A DNA stretch of 63,559 nt, counting the filler, from Dicyema japonicum (lineage: Eukaryota; Animalia; Dicyemida), in the NCBI GenBank assembly GCA_011109175.1. It is 7 parts of 7 records of this genome, joined end to end, with 100 filler letters (N's around TTAATTAATTAA, not from the genome) between each part and the next. Parts side by side here need not be neighbours in the genome. Positions count along the whole stretch, not along the records: positions 33,187 to 54,336 come from RDEW01000049.1; positions 54,437 to 61,517 come from RDEW01000123.1; 5 more parts are not named here. One strand, 5' to 3'. The notes beneath the pieces were generated by a model, which saw only the letters and a program-made list of their open reading frames with translations, had not been told where the DNA came from and made no database searches. This document shows, piece after piece, positions 49,590-61,511 of the stretch. Position 1 is the stretch's first letter, and each line of letters opens with the position of its first letter. The translations under genes were made by a program, and so were the position numbers.

Positions 49590-50170
49590 ATAGGACTATA
49601 TACAAACAATACATTGAACGATTTACGGCGTGGTGCCATGTGGTGCTGCGTGGTTAATTGGTTTGAAGTTTTCTGCTTGCTTGTCTGTTCCTTCTCTCTC
49701 ATCCTATTAGAGTGGTGTCATGTGATCCACCTCTCTAGGTGGCGCCCAGAGCTAGGCCGGCATGAAAAAGGATCATTTGCTTTTCCCCACTCCACTGGAG
49801 GGGTTTCCACAATGAAACTATGGACGTCTTTTACCATAGTTGTTGATTCCGGATGGAATCTGTTTCTGTAGAAGTGGAAACTGGATACACTTAATTAGTT
49901 GTTTACTTTAACTTCTTTTCGGTGTATCCGGGGTTAATAAATAAAAATAAATACATTGAACCATGCATCTCACACGCATGTGATATCTGTGCCCTATTCA
50001 TCTCTTTGACAAATGTCTTGGAGATTGAGGCTAGCCGAAAAGATCCAGTCATTCGGCCGATACGTGCTTGTGTGGGGTCGAGGGAGGAGCATCGGGCCAA
50101 GATGAAGTCCTTGATCGTGCTGGGATCACGTGATTAGTTATTTTGTGTAACGGTGGTCTCGTGTTATTAT
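49590..50170 (+). mobile_element. Ingi/Vingi-like LINE 3' fragment interrupted by a 330-bp retroposon
   Basis: LINE sequence QYIE|PCISHAC...RPIRACVGSREEHRAKMKSL is split by insert 49620-49949, flanked by AATACATTGAAC at 49608-49619 and 49950-49961. Confidence 0.8.
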
Positions 50171-50789
50171 TACAGTATATAAATGAGTAATCCAGTCAGA
50201 CAACATATGTTAGTTTTCGATGCAAATTAAGGACCATTAACCTATTCCAATCCATTATTCCTTTAAAGGTAACCTAAAATAGATTTGGAGTTGCTTTCTT
50301 CTATTTAAAAAATCAACGAGGACAGATGGTCTTGATTCTATGTGTTTTTGGAGAGAAACAAGAAATGCTTTCATAAACACAATCTCTCATAGAGAAAAGT
50401 CGGTCGGTCCTAAAGAATGATAATCAGATCGAGTTCCTCTACAAAAGTTAATGGATATTCAGAGCCACAGGTAGAGTGACTCTGGGTCTTTTTCTGAACG
50501 ATGGTTTGTTCTCATTGTTAAAGTAATTGTTTATTATTATATTTGCAGGGGCGTTTATGTCCATTCTAAGCACGTGCCCAAACAGTTCTCCTATCTTGAT
50601 TCAATAATGTAGATGCTTATTGTCCTCGATTGTGTCACAGAGAATAATTTCTTATTTGAAATCTTCTTGGGCCAACCAAGAACCATTAAATTGGAATTGC
50701 TGGGAGTTTTCTTGATGAGGATAACACAAGACTTGTCGTTTTTTATTATCAAACACTGAATTAACTGTATGAGTTGGGAACACAACATC

Positions 50790-51300
50790 GAAGCATTTCG
50801 GGACAACAGTTGGAATACCTCAGGGGGACTCTCTATCTCCGGTTCTATTCGTCATATACCTGAAAGCGGCATTGAGAGTTCTTAGAACAAAATGTGAAGG
50901 ATGCATGCCGATGGATATTATATATGCAGATAACATAGATTTTGTGTCAAAAAATGAACTGGAACTTGGACTTGCTTTAGAAAAAACCCCTTGAGAATTT
51001 GAGAATTGGTCTCTGCAAGTTAATCAGAAAAAGACTGAACGAAAGGAAATTAAAATATATTGATACGAATCACAAGGAAATTAAATTATATTGATGAAAA
51101 TTGGAGGAAAAAAGGAAATTAGGATCCTTACTTGGTGATAGTGAGGACATAATGTATAGAAGAGTTCTAGCTACTGCCATGTATAAGAAAATGCAGAAGA
51201 TATGAAGTCGACGAAAACTAATAAAAACAAATTTAAGAATAAGACTATACAACGCATATATATAGATACTGAAGCCATCCGAACACTTCAACGACCATCT
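50790..51300 (+). mobile_element. RTE-like RT fragment
   Basis: GTTVGIPQGDSLSPVLFVIYLKAALR...DIIYADNIDFVS. Confidence 0.8.
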
Positions 51301-52424
51301 GGTGCAACTAATGTTAACTCCCATTAAGCTATTGCATGTCATAAAGCGTGATGTATTTTCAAGTACCCACTCGTTGTTTTGTTGTTTCATGCAAAGCTGC
51401 ATTTAAAATACAATTACAGAATAATGTACTAAACCAGTGATTCAACTGATCACTACAAAATCGCATCAATCGGATACATCAACTACCAACGAAGCATTGC
51501 CACAGATTGGTGGAAGAAATCAGTCATATCATATGAACAAGAACGGCTAGTAGATTATACTTAAAATGATTCCCATATTCCGATAAAAGGTAGTCCAGTT
51601 GTCCAATTAAACGTACAACATCAATACAAAATTTTCAATACAGAACATCCCCCGTCCCCTTGAAGAAAATCTGCTAGTACCATCGCAGAAGCCTGCCAAA
51701 CCAAAAGAAAGCCAACAATTTTTGCTAAACTACGAAAAAGACTGTCAGTCATGGTCCTCAATAGAATCAGGTATAAGTACGAATCCTGTCACCTAATTAA
51801 AGTGGATTCCGTAGCGGATGGTCTACTACAGATGGTTCGTGGCCATGTGGCAGAAATAAAACACGTGCATTCACGTTTATATACTTCACGAGAACCTTCG
51901 ATATAACAAACAGAGGCAAATTTATGAAGGTCCTCGAAGGAATGATCAACCCAGTCAGCACATGGCTAAAATAAAACACGTGCATTCACGTTTATAGACT
52001 TTACGAGAACCTTCGATATAATAAACAGAGGCAAATTTATGAAGGTCCTCGCAGGAATGATCAACCCAGTCAGCACATGGCTAATAAACCTTTAGCAGAA
52101 AACACATACCTTGCTGTTAAAATGAAAGATGCAAAGTCAAAATATTTTCAGAGTACGTGCGTGGGTCGTCCTATAAAAGGACAAAACTAACATACTTCCG
52201 GACGACTTGGGTGTCTAACATGGAGGTTCATTGACTCCCATTTTGTTAACAATATAAGCTTCCTTAAGAACTATCACAAAAAAACTACAAACCGATTGTG
52301 TCACATACGATATAGACTTCATTCATAAACACTTATGTAATCAAGGCCATGCCAACTTCCGATCATTTAAATGAAAAGAACCAGTGCTTAACATGAATAA
52401 ATAAATGTTATTAAAATACAGGGT

Positions 52425-53790
52425 TTTTTTATTTATTTAATAACTTTGTCATAAAGTTTAATAACTTTGTCAAAATATTTAATAATTTTTTCAAAATGTT
52501 TAATAACTTTGTCAGAAAATTTAATAACTTTGTCAAAATGTTTAATAACTTTGTAAAATATTTATGGGATTATTATTTATATTTTTTGGATCATTATTTA
52601 TATTTATTGGATTATTAAGTTCCTATAAAAACAAATTTTAGCGCAAAATGAATTAAATGAATAGTTACCAAAACAAAAATACTACTGTAACCGAGGATAA
52701 CCGAAAACTTATTATAAATAAATATGAAGTAGGTTTGGCTTATTCAAAAATATGCGAAGACATATGTATTAACTACCAGACAGTTGTTTCTATCGTCAAA
52801 AAATACAGGAAGTTTTGCTTCAACAAGAAATAATTGTGGACGAAAAAAAACTTAATTCATCGGACATCTTATTTTTTACTAAAAAAATTGAAGATGCTTC
52901 ATTTACGCTGAAGAATTTACAAAATTCTTTATTTGATGTGAAAAGAAAAAATGTCTCTCAATCGACAATAAATAGGACCCTAGAGACATTTTGATATAGT
53001 TTAAAAAAATCAATTTGTACCTATGGCGAGAAATTCTACAATAAATATGGAAGAAAGATATAGATCTGCCAGAAAAATAATTGAAGTTGATAATCAACGG
53101 CTTATTTTTATAGACGAAATGGGAGTCAATTGTTTGATGAGATCCAAATTTGGAAGATCTATAAAAGGAGTTACTTCGAAAAAATGTACTAGAAACATAA
53201 GAGAGAAAAATTTCGCTATTTGTGCTGCTATTTCTGTGGACGGCCTTTTACATTACGGAATCAATTCCTTTCCTTATCGCGCGGAGACGTTCATTGATTT
53301 TGTAATACAGCTTAATTATAAGCTTGAACATGCAGGGAAAAAGTATGGTTATATATTATATTTAAGACATGGTATTGATTTGTGACAATGCATCAATTCA
53401 CAAGAGCGAGCAATTAAAAAATGTTGTATTCGGAACTGGTATCCAATTAATTTTTAACGTGTATAGGGTATGAATTGTATTTTTTGCCTCCTTATACTCC
53501 TCAACTTAATCCAATTGAAGAGTTTTTTTCTGTTTGGAAAAATAACATCAAAAAGAAAAATTGTAGAAACTCGATGAATTAATAAACGCAATCCAGAACA
53601 TCGGAGAAATTCCATCAGATGTGTGCAATAATTTGTACAGCCATATGAGGAGCCATTTAGTTATAGCATTGGCTAATGAAGAATTTTAATTTATGTTGTT
53701 TTTTTTCAATTAATTATAAAATTGGTTTCTTTTAATTTGACCCTTTACAAAGTTATTAAGTATTTTGACAAAAAAATAAAAGTCAATTAA
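52425..53790 (+). mobile_element. IS630-Tc1-mariner (DDE_3-type) transposon remnant with subterminal ~21-bp repeats
   Basis: LIFIDEMG...CAAISVDG, DNASIHKS, FLPPYTPQLNPIEEFF. TTAATAACTTTGTC repeats at 52437-52556, with an inverted copy at ~53750-53762. Confidence 0.85.
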
Positions 53791-53809
53791 ATAATCAACA
53801 ACATAATTA

Positions 53810-54330
53810 TTCATCGAATATTGGCGCAAACCTGAAGAATTCCTTGAGCGGTCGCCAGGATCGAGTATACCTAATAATCGATGTTCCACATCGAGACTAT
53901 TAGCAAATGGCGTTCCACAGAGTTCCCCATTATCACCCCTTTTATTCAATCTTATGACGAATAACCTACAAGGTGACAAAGAGATATTAATGTCCTACGC
54001 GGATGATATAGTCGTTTCATCGAGGGATGTGAGTAACTTCATGATGGTTTTTCTAGGAAATCTAAGAGACTCCAATGGTCTAAATGGATTGGATCCATCT
54101 AAAAGCAGTGCATTGAACCTACAATTAGTTATATAAATGTGCAGCTTGGGGACAAACCTTGCCACAACGAACTTGACCAAGATCTATAAAGTTCAATCAA
54201 AGGCACTGAAACTATTGAAGGAGTCTTCTTAAAAGGAAATTCTGCCCAGAAGCTTTAAACTATGATTAATGCGACTAAGGCAATGGGCGATTAACCCCAT
54301 CCTCATCGTAAATGTACTGGAACACAGTCT
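53810..54330 (+). mobile_element. Ingi/Vingi-like RT fragment
   Basis: FLSGRQDRV...NGVPQSSPLSPLLFNL...MSYADDIVV. Confidence 0.85.
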
Positions 54331-54591
54331 GAACACNNNNNNNNNNNNNNNNNNNNNNNNNNNNNNNNNNNNNNNNNNNNTTAATTAATTAANNNNNNNN
54401 NNNNNNNNNNNNNNNNNNNNNNNNNNNNNNNNNNNNGCATGTGAGAGAATTATGCAACGGGGCGAATAAAAAGATTGATTAATAGAATGATGGAGTGAAA
54501 AAAAACAAAAATGATCAATTAATGGGATGATAGAATGATAACAACAACAGCCAACCAAATAGGGAATTTCATGATTCCAGAGCGTAACCTT

Positions 54592-57461
54592 TTTTTTTAT
54601 TTTTTTTTATTATTATTTCCCGAGTTAAAATACTAATTAAGAGGAAAAAACGACATCAGGTGATTTCAGCTTCTCTCAGCAGTGCACTCATTTTTTCTCG
54701 GTGTAGTTCCCGAGAGCCGACACATTTTCGATAGCTTCGAACGAGTGGTTTAGCAACTTGTGCTAGAACGCCCCCAGACTTCCTCACGAGGTTCTCAAAA
54801 GGGGTTGCCCTAATTGAGAAACCTGTGCTTCGGGAAATAGATTTTGTAATCCCGGATTGCGCAGAATTGATCTTCTCGAAGTTTGTTTTAGAGAGTTTCG
54901 ATCCCCAAGACGCACAGCAGTATCGAATAGTTGGTTCAATGAATTGTGTATACAGTGCATTTGGTATTTGGTTTGAGAAACTTTTGTATCTTGAGGCAAG
55001 CACCTTCACAAAGTTTAGTTTTCGTGCCGAAGCACTGATTACGTTGGCCACATGTGGACTGAAGGTCATAAGGGAGTCGTATGTTACTCCCAAAATCTTG
55101 ATGTGTTTCTTTTTCGGGATTTGCACACCATTTAAAAATAGTTCGACAGGTTCATTTAGTAATCTTCTGTTCGAGGTGAAAAGAGTGGTCAAAGACTTTT
55201 CAGTGGATGTTGACATTGAGTTTCTCTCTAACCATTTGTGGAATTCGTCCAGAGTATATTGCATTTTGTTCGTGACCGACGTAACGCATATATCTTTGCA
55301 CGCATAAACTATGTCATCGGCGTAACCAAGAGTTAACGAATTTCCATCCGAATCAATCGGGATATCGTGTAAGAATAAGTTGAAAAGCGACGGTGACAAT
55401 GGGGAGCCTTGTGGCACACCGTTTGGGAGGAATTTTGAGACTGATTGGCAGAATTTTGTAACTACTTTGCCTCTGCGACCTGTTAAAAAGTTCCCCAGCC
55501 ATCTTTTAAAAATGTTTGGGATTTCGGAGCAGTAAATCTTCCTGGTCAAGATTTTTCGAGGGACCGAATCAAAAGCCCGGCGGATGTCAATTGAGCACAA
55601 TAAAGTTTTGGAATGCCTTGGTTTTGACTCAAAACCACCCATGATAAAATTTGTAAGGGTTTGTGAGTGTGAACTAGTGGATAGATCTTTCTTAAATCCG
55701 TGCTGAAAGGCTACTTCTGGTAAATACGGATGAATTCGGTCCAAAACAATTTTTTCCAGGATTTTTGAAGGTCCACATAGTAGGGATATTGGTCGGTAAG
55801 ACGAGGGGGACTCTTTAGGTTTTCCAGGTTTTTGCACTGGGTGGATGTGTGCCAACTTCCACATTGTTGGGATAGTATTGTCATTTATGGATTTGTTACA
55901 AATCTGTGTTAGTCCTGCGAGTGCCCTGAGTCCTAGATTTTTGATAACGATCATGGGAATTTTGTCCGGTCCACATGAGAAGGTTAGCTTCTGTGATTTG
56001 ATAGCATTTACAGTTTCTTCCAATGAGATAGATATCTCTTCATTGCGACATTTTGGTTTTAACACAGACAATGAGGGGCCATCGTATTTTTTATGAGGTA
56101 GGTAGCTATTCTGTGCATAGAACTTCATTATTTCGTCTAGTTCCTTTTTACTGAATTCCGGACAATTTCTTTTCTCAGGATTTCTGATCCTTGAGAGAGT
56201 TTTCCACATGATAGATAGGGACCTCTGTTTGTTAAAAGTAGAGGTGATGTTCCTCCATTCATCAACTTCCTTTTTCTTCGAGATTTTCTTTATCTCCCTG
56301 TCCAACAGTCGGATACGGTGTATTGTATCAGGTGATGGCCTTTGAATACTTTTGAGGCGATTACGTTCATTCACGAATTTCCTCGATTTGTGGTCGGAGC
56401 ATTTAATGTGGGAAGTTATTGATCTTTCTCTGATAAATGTCTTCATTGGCATTCGGATTGTTCTGTTAAAGTGAAACACGGCGTTGTCGAGAGAGTTAAA
56501 ACGTGATACAGAGAAATTTGCCAAGTTTGTGTCTACATGATGAGCAAAAACTTCCCAATTGACGTTTCTGTAATCCATGAAAGTATTTCGTCTTCTGTCA
56601 GGAAAGAGTGCACCCTTCACTCGGATGAGGTTGTGGTCGCTCCGAAAGTCGTAAACCACGGACCAGTTCACAAGAGAGGCAATAATAGGAGTTGCAGGGT
56701 CAGATCTGGAGATGTAGTGCTGTCAAAGGCTCTATAGGGCGTTCTTGTGTTCATCCGATGATTGTTGAGAATAATGAGATTGTCGAGTTGAGAGAGAAGG
56801 TGAGATTTCCTCTGGCATCGGCAGTTTGTTCTTTGTACCAGGTCGGATGCTTCGCGTTGAGGTCTCCACAGATCAACAAGTGTTCGTATTGATGAAACAC
56901 ATCAGAGGAAAAGGTAAACCCCTTTGGGCAGGAACCGGCAGGGGGAATGTACATGTTCACAATTGTAACATTTCCCATGTTTGTTCGAATAGAGATTCCA
57001 ATGGACTCCACGGGCGATGAGTAATCAAAAAGCGAAGGAATAATAGTATGTTTGATCTCACATTTGACAAGGATAATAACTCCTCCTCCACGACCAGACT
57101 GACGGTCCTTTCTAATGACAGTGTATCCAGGAAGTGTTGGAGTCGGGTGAGATTTAGACAGTTTAGTCTCTTGTAGGAGGCACACGTCGATGTTATACTT
57201 CTTTAAGAGGGTTCTGAGCTCGATAATCTTTCCTCGAATTCCATTTATGTTTAGTTGGATTACGGAAAGAGATCTCTTAGGTCCTGGATTTGGCTTGATG
57301 TCTCCGGAGATGATCAGGAGTGTTCTTAGAAGGTCAAGTGAGTAGGGCTGAGAGAGCCGTCCAAGAGAAACTTTCTTCTTGGATTGGGAGGAGCTAATGG
57401 TCCTTTTTGCTGTGTTACGACTGGCGCCACCAGAAACGGCAAACCACACGACGCACGCTAA
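54592..57461 (-). mobile_element. Near-intact single-ORF non-LTR retrotransposon (Ingi/Vingi-like architecture): 2A-like motif, APE, RT; A-rich tail; 13-14-bp TSD
   Basis: CAGAGCGTAACCT(T) at 54578-54591 and 57462-57475. APE: VIQLNINGI, CLLQETKL, GDLNAKH, SPDLT, RSDH. RT: SYRPISLL, QHGFK, DIRRAFDSV, GVPQGSPLSPSLFN, YADD. Tail AATAATAATAAAAAAAAATAAAAAAAAA on the minus strand. Two frameshifts at ~56700-56800. No RNase H domain seen. Confidence 0.95.
57279..57335 (-). other. 2A-like (StopGo) motif variant LRTLLIISGDIKPNPG/P
   Basis: Matches the hydrophobic-helix + G-D-[VI]-E-x-N-P-G-P consensus except E to K. Immediately precedes the endonuclease. Confidence 0.75.
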
Positions 57462-58836
57462 CAGAGCGTAACCTTCATGACCTCACAAAAATAGTAATTA
57501 AGTAGTAATTAATTTTATAATCTTTACAAAATAGATATCTATATAATAAAAAATAATAAACTTGTTTTAAAATTGCGTTCTATGTCGATTTATGTCAAAA
57601 GACCCGAAATCCCAAAAAAAATAGTTAATAATTTGCAAAAAATGAAAAAATCTGTATAGTAAATAAAAATAAACCACCAAGTAATTTTTTTTGAAAATTG
57701 GAACCGATCGAGGCACACGTGCGGCATAGGTACACAGCTGGACCGTAACATAAAGTTTTTCAAATGGAAATAAATGTCGTAATCAAATCTTTTGCTGTAT
57801 TAAAAACAATAAATCTATGGCCCCAAAGAGACCACACTTAAATTCAGCTAAATTCTCGAAATAATGATACTTAGTCAATTTCTAAACCAAACAATCCACC
57901 CATAAATTTTTTTGAGGAAGTCGTATTGATAAGTTCACTATCACCACAATACTGCAAGGATAAATTGAGAAATAACGCGCTCAGCCGAATTAATTCCCGT
58001 TCCAAATCAAAGCTACAGAATTAAAAAATCGTAAAGAGAGCACTGGATTCGGTCAGTGTACTGAAAATGTTTTATTGCAATGATTCGGGCAATTGTAAAT
58101 AAATTCTCTTCAAGCTATTTCTTAATATATTTTAATTGTCTAATAATAAAAATAAATAACTATCATTGCCATATTTTACTGAAATTAAAAAACCTTAATA
58201 CACAGAAACATTCTAAAAGAAATTCTAAATAATATCATTTGTTATGAATTAGAGAACACGTGTATATACCCAGTAAAGAATAAAAGACATTAGAAACAAA
58301 ATTGAGCCATGGAAAAATATTCTCAGTCGATCAGTCAAGACTAAAGATACGGGCTTGCCAAAGTGAAATTTTCAATAGCAATTTTGATGAACGAAATGAA
58401 ATATCAGAAGGGGGGAAGGAATGCTCGAATACAGAGACCTTCGAGTTCATTGATTAAATAAAAAATCTACTAGTTGATAACAACATATTTTTCTGTGTCA
58501 ATTAAAAAAAGTTTACAGAATCATATTTTACTGTGGAGTCAGAGAAATTAAAACTACGGTGTTTTGTGATTAAAGGAATTTAAATATGTTCATGTTTGGC
58601 TCTATAAATTTTTATCCAAATAAGGAAAAAACTAAAAATTCATTTATTGATAGAACACAAGAAAAAACTATTGAACAAAGTTTTTTTTTAAATGTCATCA
58701 CAATCTGTTTAACGATAATTATAAACATTTTTTGAATTACTTTTTTATGCAATTTATCTGTGCCATTTTTTAATTATTGCCATAAATGGAAAAAAACCAA
58801 TGACACAAATAGAACTTAGATCGCAAATAAATTAGA

Positions 58837-60238
58837 ATGCTGTCAATACTATTGATATTGTCTGCTCAAATAATAGCTGAATGTCTTCCTCCAACTATGG
58901 ACATGTCAGACTCAACTTACTTTCTGAATTACTTAAACTACACCATACAATGTCCCATAGAAGCTATGCCAGATGATGAATACAAGTAAATGATAATTAT
59001 TTAATATCTTTATAGATGGTATAAATGGGATCCCCATTGACTTCACGCAGGATTTACCTTATTATATAAATGGCAGAAATCTCACATTCAACCAGGACTA
59101 CAAACATATCAGGAATATTTAGTTGCACTGTTGAAAACAAAATGTGGTCGAGAAACATCTCTTCCATTTAGAGTTGAGGCATTAAATAAATATACTGGTA
59201 TTTTGAAATTATAAATAATTCTAGTTTTTTACGATTATACTCTTCTTTATGCAATTCTAGAAGGTGAAGGCGTTAGTACTGACTGACTGCATCTGTACAA
59301 ACGTTGCTCAGCTGATGGATTTAAACAAATTATTACGTTCACATCAATAGATGACAGAATACAGACGGAAAATAACAATCTCTACATTAAATATTTTATC
59401 ACGAAAGGATTCATTTTGTCAGTTCATATGTGAAGGCAAATATGAAGAAAAAATTTTTCATTTTAATAAAGTTAATTCCATGAATGAAAAAATCACTCAT
59501 AGCGGAACACGCATTTCCAAGAGAAAGCATGTAGTCATTAATTCTAAAACAGCCGGATTAATTCATCCATGCATATTTTTTGGGAAGTTTGTCAAATAAT
59601 ATTAATTTTAGGATATATGACTCGATTCTTATTACGAGGGGAAAACGTTAATCGGAACTAATGAATAATCGTAGGCTCGGATGCAAAATATCCAACTCGG
59701 GAACTATTTGCATTCCTTGTTTAAGGGATTATGAACTTTTTTATCTTGAAAGAAAATTTAAACTTTCTTTTTACGGTAATATTTTTCTTTAATGTTAGAA
59801 TCGCCTTCTATTTCCCATTCTTTTGTCTCATTAAATACAACAAAAGGGGATAATGCGACTTTTATGTGTACTTGGGTATTAGGATATCCTGAGCCCCAAA
59901 TAAAGTGGTATTTGGATTCAGTAGAATACGGTACTATTAAGCTGCTAATTCGATTAGGAACAATTCACTTGATTTTGAATCATTTTTGTCGAAGATAATA
60001 CAACGTTAACTATTATTAATGCAACTCAGTCATTGAGCATTCGTTGTCTTGTTTACAACGAATTTGCGAAAGCTGCTAAACGGTTTACCTCAAGATCATA
60101 GAAATACCATATATAATCCTGCCTTACTATAATCGCATTGAAAAGATTGGAGCAAATCATTATAGAATTACATGTATGGGAAAAGTCGACCCGATTAGAA
60201 AAATGAAATTTGAATGGTGTTTAGTGGACGGTCAATAA
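58837..60238 (+). pseudogene. Secreted or cell-surface multi-Ig-domain protein gene, frameshifted and interrupted by a transposon
   Basis: Signal-peptide-like MLSILLILSAQIIAE. Ig1: TIQCPI..WY..GIFSCTVEN. Later Ig: ATFMCTWVLGYPEPQIKWY..TLTI..IRCLVYN, then YRITCMG..FEW. GT-AG introns 58986-59015, 59198-59224, 59776-59798, 59931-59957. At least four frameshifts. Confidence 0.75.
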
Positions 60239-61511
60239 TGTGGCGCTCCATGCAGGTTACACCAATTTTAAGCGTTACACTTTGGCCTTGAGGCATGACA
60301 GTTGACTTTGACAGGTGACGTTTCATAAAAATCAATCTCAATTTTAAATATCTTATTTAAGTAAGTGGTATGTAATAAAACACTACATAATAATTGTTCA
60401 AAAATGAAATAATTTATTATTTTATATAAAAAAGAAACATAAATATTATAAAATATATTATTCTCTCACTTTGGTTCTAATTTGGTTCTAATCCAACAAA
60501 CCCTAACCCTATCTTGATCCTAATACAACCAAACCCTAACCCCAACCCTATCTTCATTCTAATCTAACCACTCCCTAACCCTAACCCAACCCTATCCCAA
60601 CCCTAACCATTTACTAATCCAAACCATACCCTAACCATTTCCTAACCTTGCCACTACCTTAACCGTAATTCTATCTATTAAGCTCTATTAAGAAAGTTTT
60701 TTTTGTAACCAACGAGTTAACGTTTGGTTACAACGTTCTACTTGGCCCTGGGACTGAGGAAGCCTTGTACGATTAAACTTTTGTAAAATGTTAAATTCTG
60801 TGCATAAAGAATTTACTAGTTCATTTTTGAACTCTTTCCCATTGTCAGATTGTAAAATCTGATGAGGTCCAAAACAATTAAAGATAGTTTTTAATGCTGA
60901 AAAAATAGCAGTTTCCTCTTTTGAGACGATAGCTTTTGCAAAACAAAATTTGGAATATACGTCAATGATATTAAATATATATTTAAAGACATCATTGGCT
61001 TGGGACCATCGACTTAAATCCACCAAGTCCATTTGAAATCTTCTCTCGAGGTAACTTTGCTTTAATGTGAATCATAGGAATTTAAGCTTTTAAAGGTTGG
61101 CTATGTGGACATGCTGTGCATTCGGAACATACTTCACGTATAATAGACCTTTTGATAGTGAAATAATAATTGTCGCAAAATTCTTTAAGTTTATTGATTC
61201 CATAATGAGTGGTCAAGTGCTGTTTCATGCATTCTATCTTCATAGTTTGAATGTCGTTCTGAGCAATAATTCGTTTATGAGCCTCGTCATTTGTAAAAAG
61301 TATTGAATCTTCTAACAAGAAAAGATTGGCCTTCTTAATAAATCGAAATTTTTTCATTCTGGTAAATTTGGTTGATGATCTTCCATTGTAGTCGAATCCT
61401 GCCAGTGTCGATTTTAATTGTGGTTAATTGACTTTAGATGTCAATATCCAAAAAAAGTCAAGGCCAAAGTGTAACGCTTAAGATTGGTGTAACCTGCATG
61501 GAGGCGCGACA
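60239..61511 (-). mobile_element. Ginger2/TDD-like DNA transposon (Gypsy-type integrase, ~55-bp TIRs, TGT...ACA ends)
   Basis: TIR TGTGGCGCTCCATGCAGGTTACACCAATTTTAAGCGTTACACTTTGGCCTTGA and its near-perfect inverse. HHCC finger QHLTTHYGI...CSECTAC; core DLVDL...IIDVYSKF...ILQSDNGKEFKN...PQSQGQVERCNQTL. Flanks ATAA/TTAA (3 of 4 match). Confidence 0.88.
60470..60665 (+). repeat. Degenerate (CCCTAA)-like tract inside the Ginger-like element
   Basis: Multiple CCCTAA/CCCAA units; six CCC runs within 60573-60603. Confidence 0.85.

Noticed and set aside
49620-49700. tRNA gene
   Set aside because: Only an A-box-like motif; no B box or cloverleaf evident.
49645-49891. Possible LTR (TGT...ACA on the minus strand followed by a TGG primer-binding-like sequence)
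   Set aside because: The 12-bp TSD and plus-strand A-rich tail define a larger 330-bp TPRT-type insert; LTR elements give 4-6-bp TSDs.
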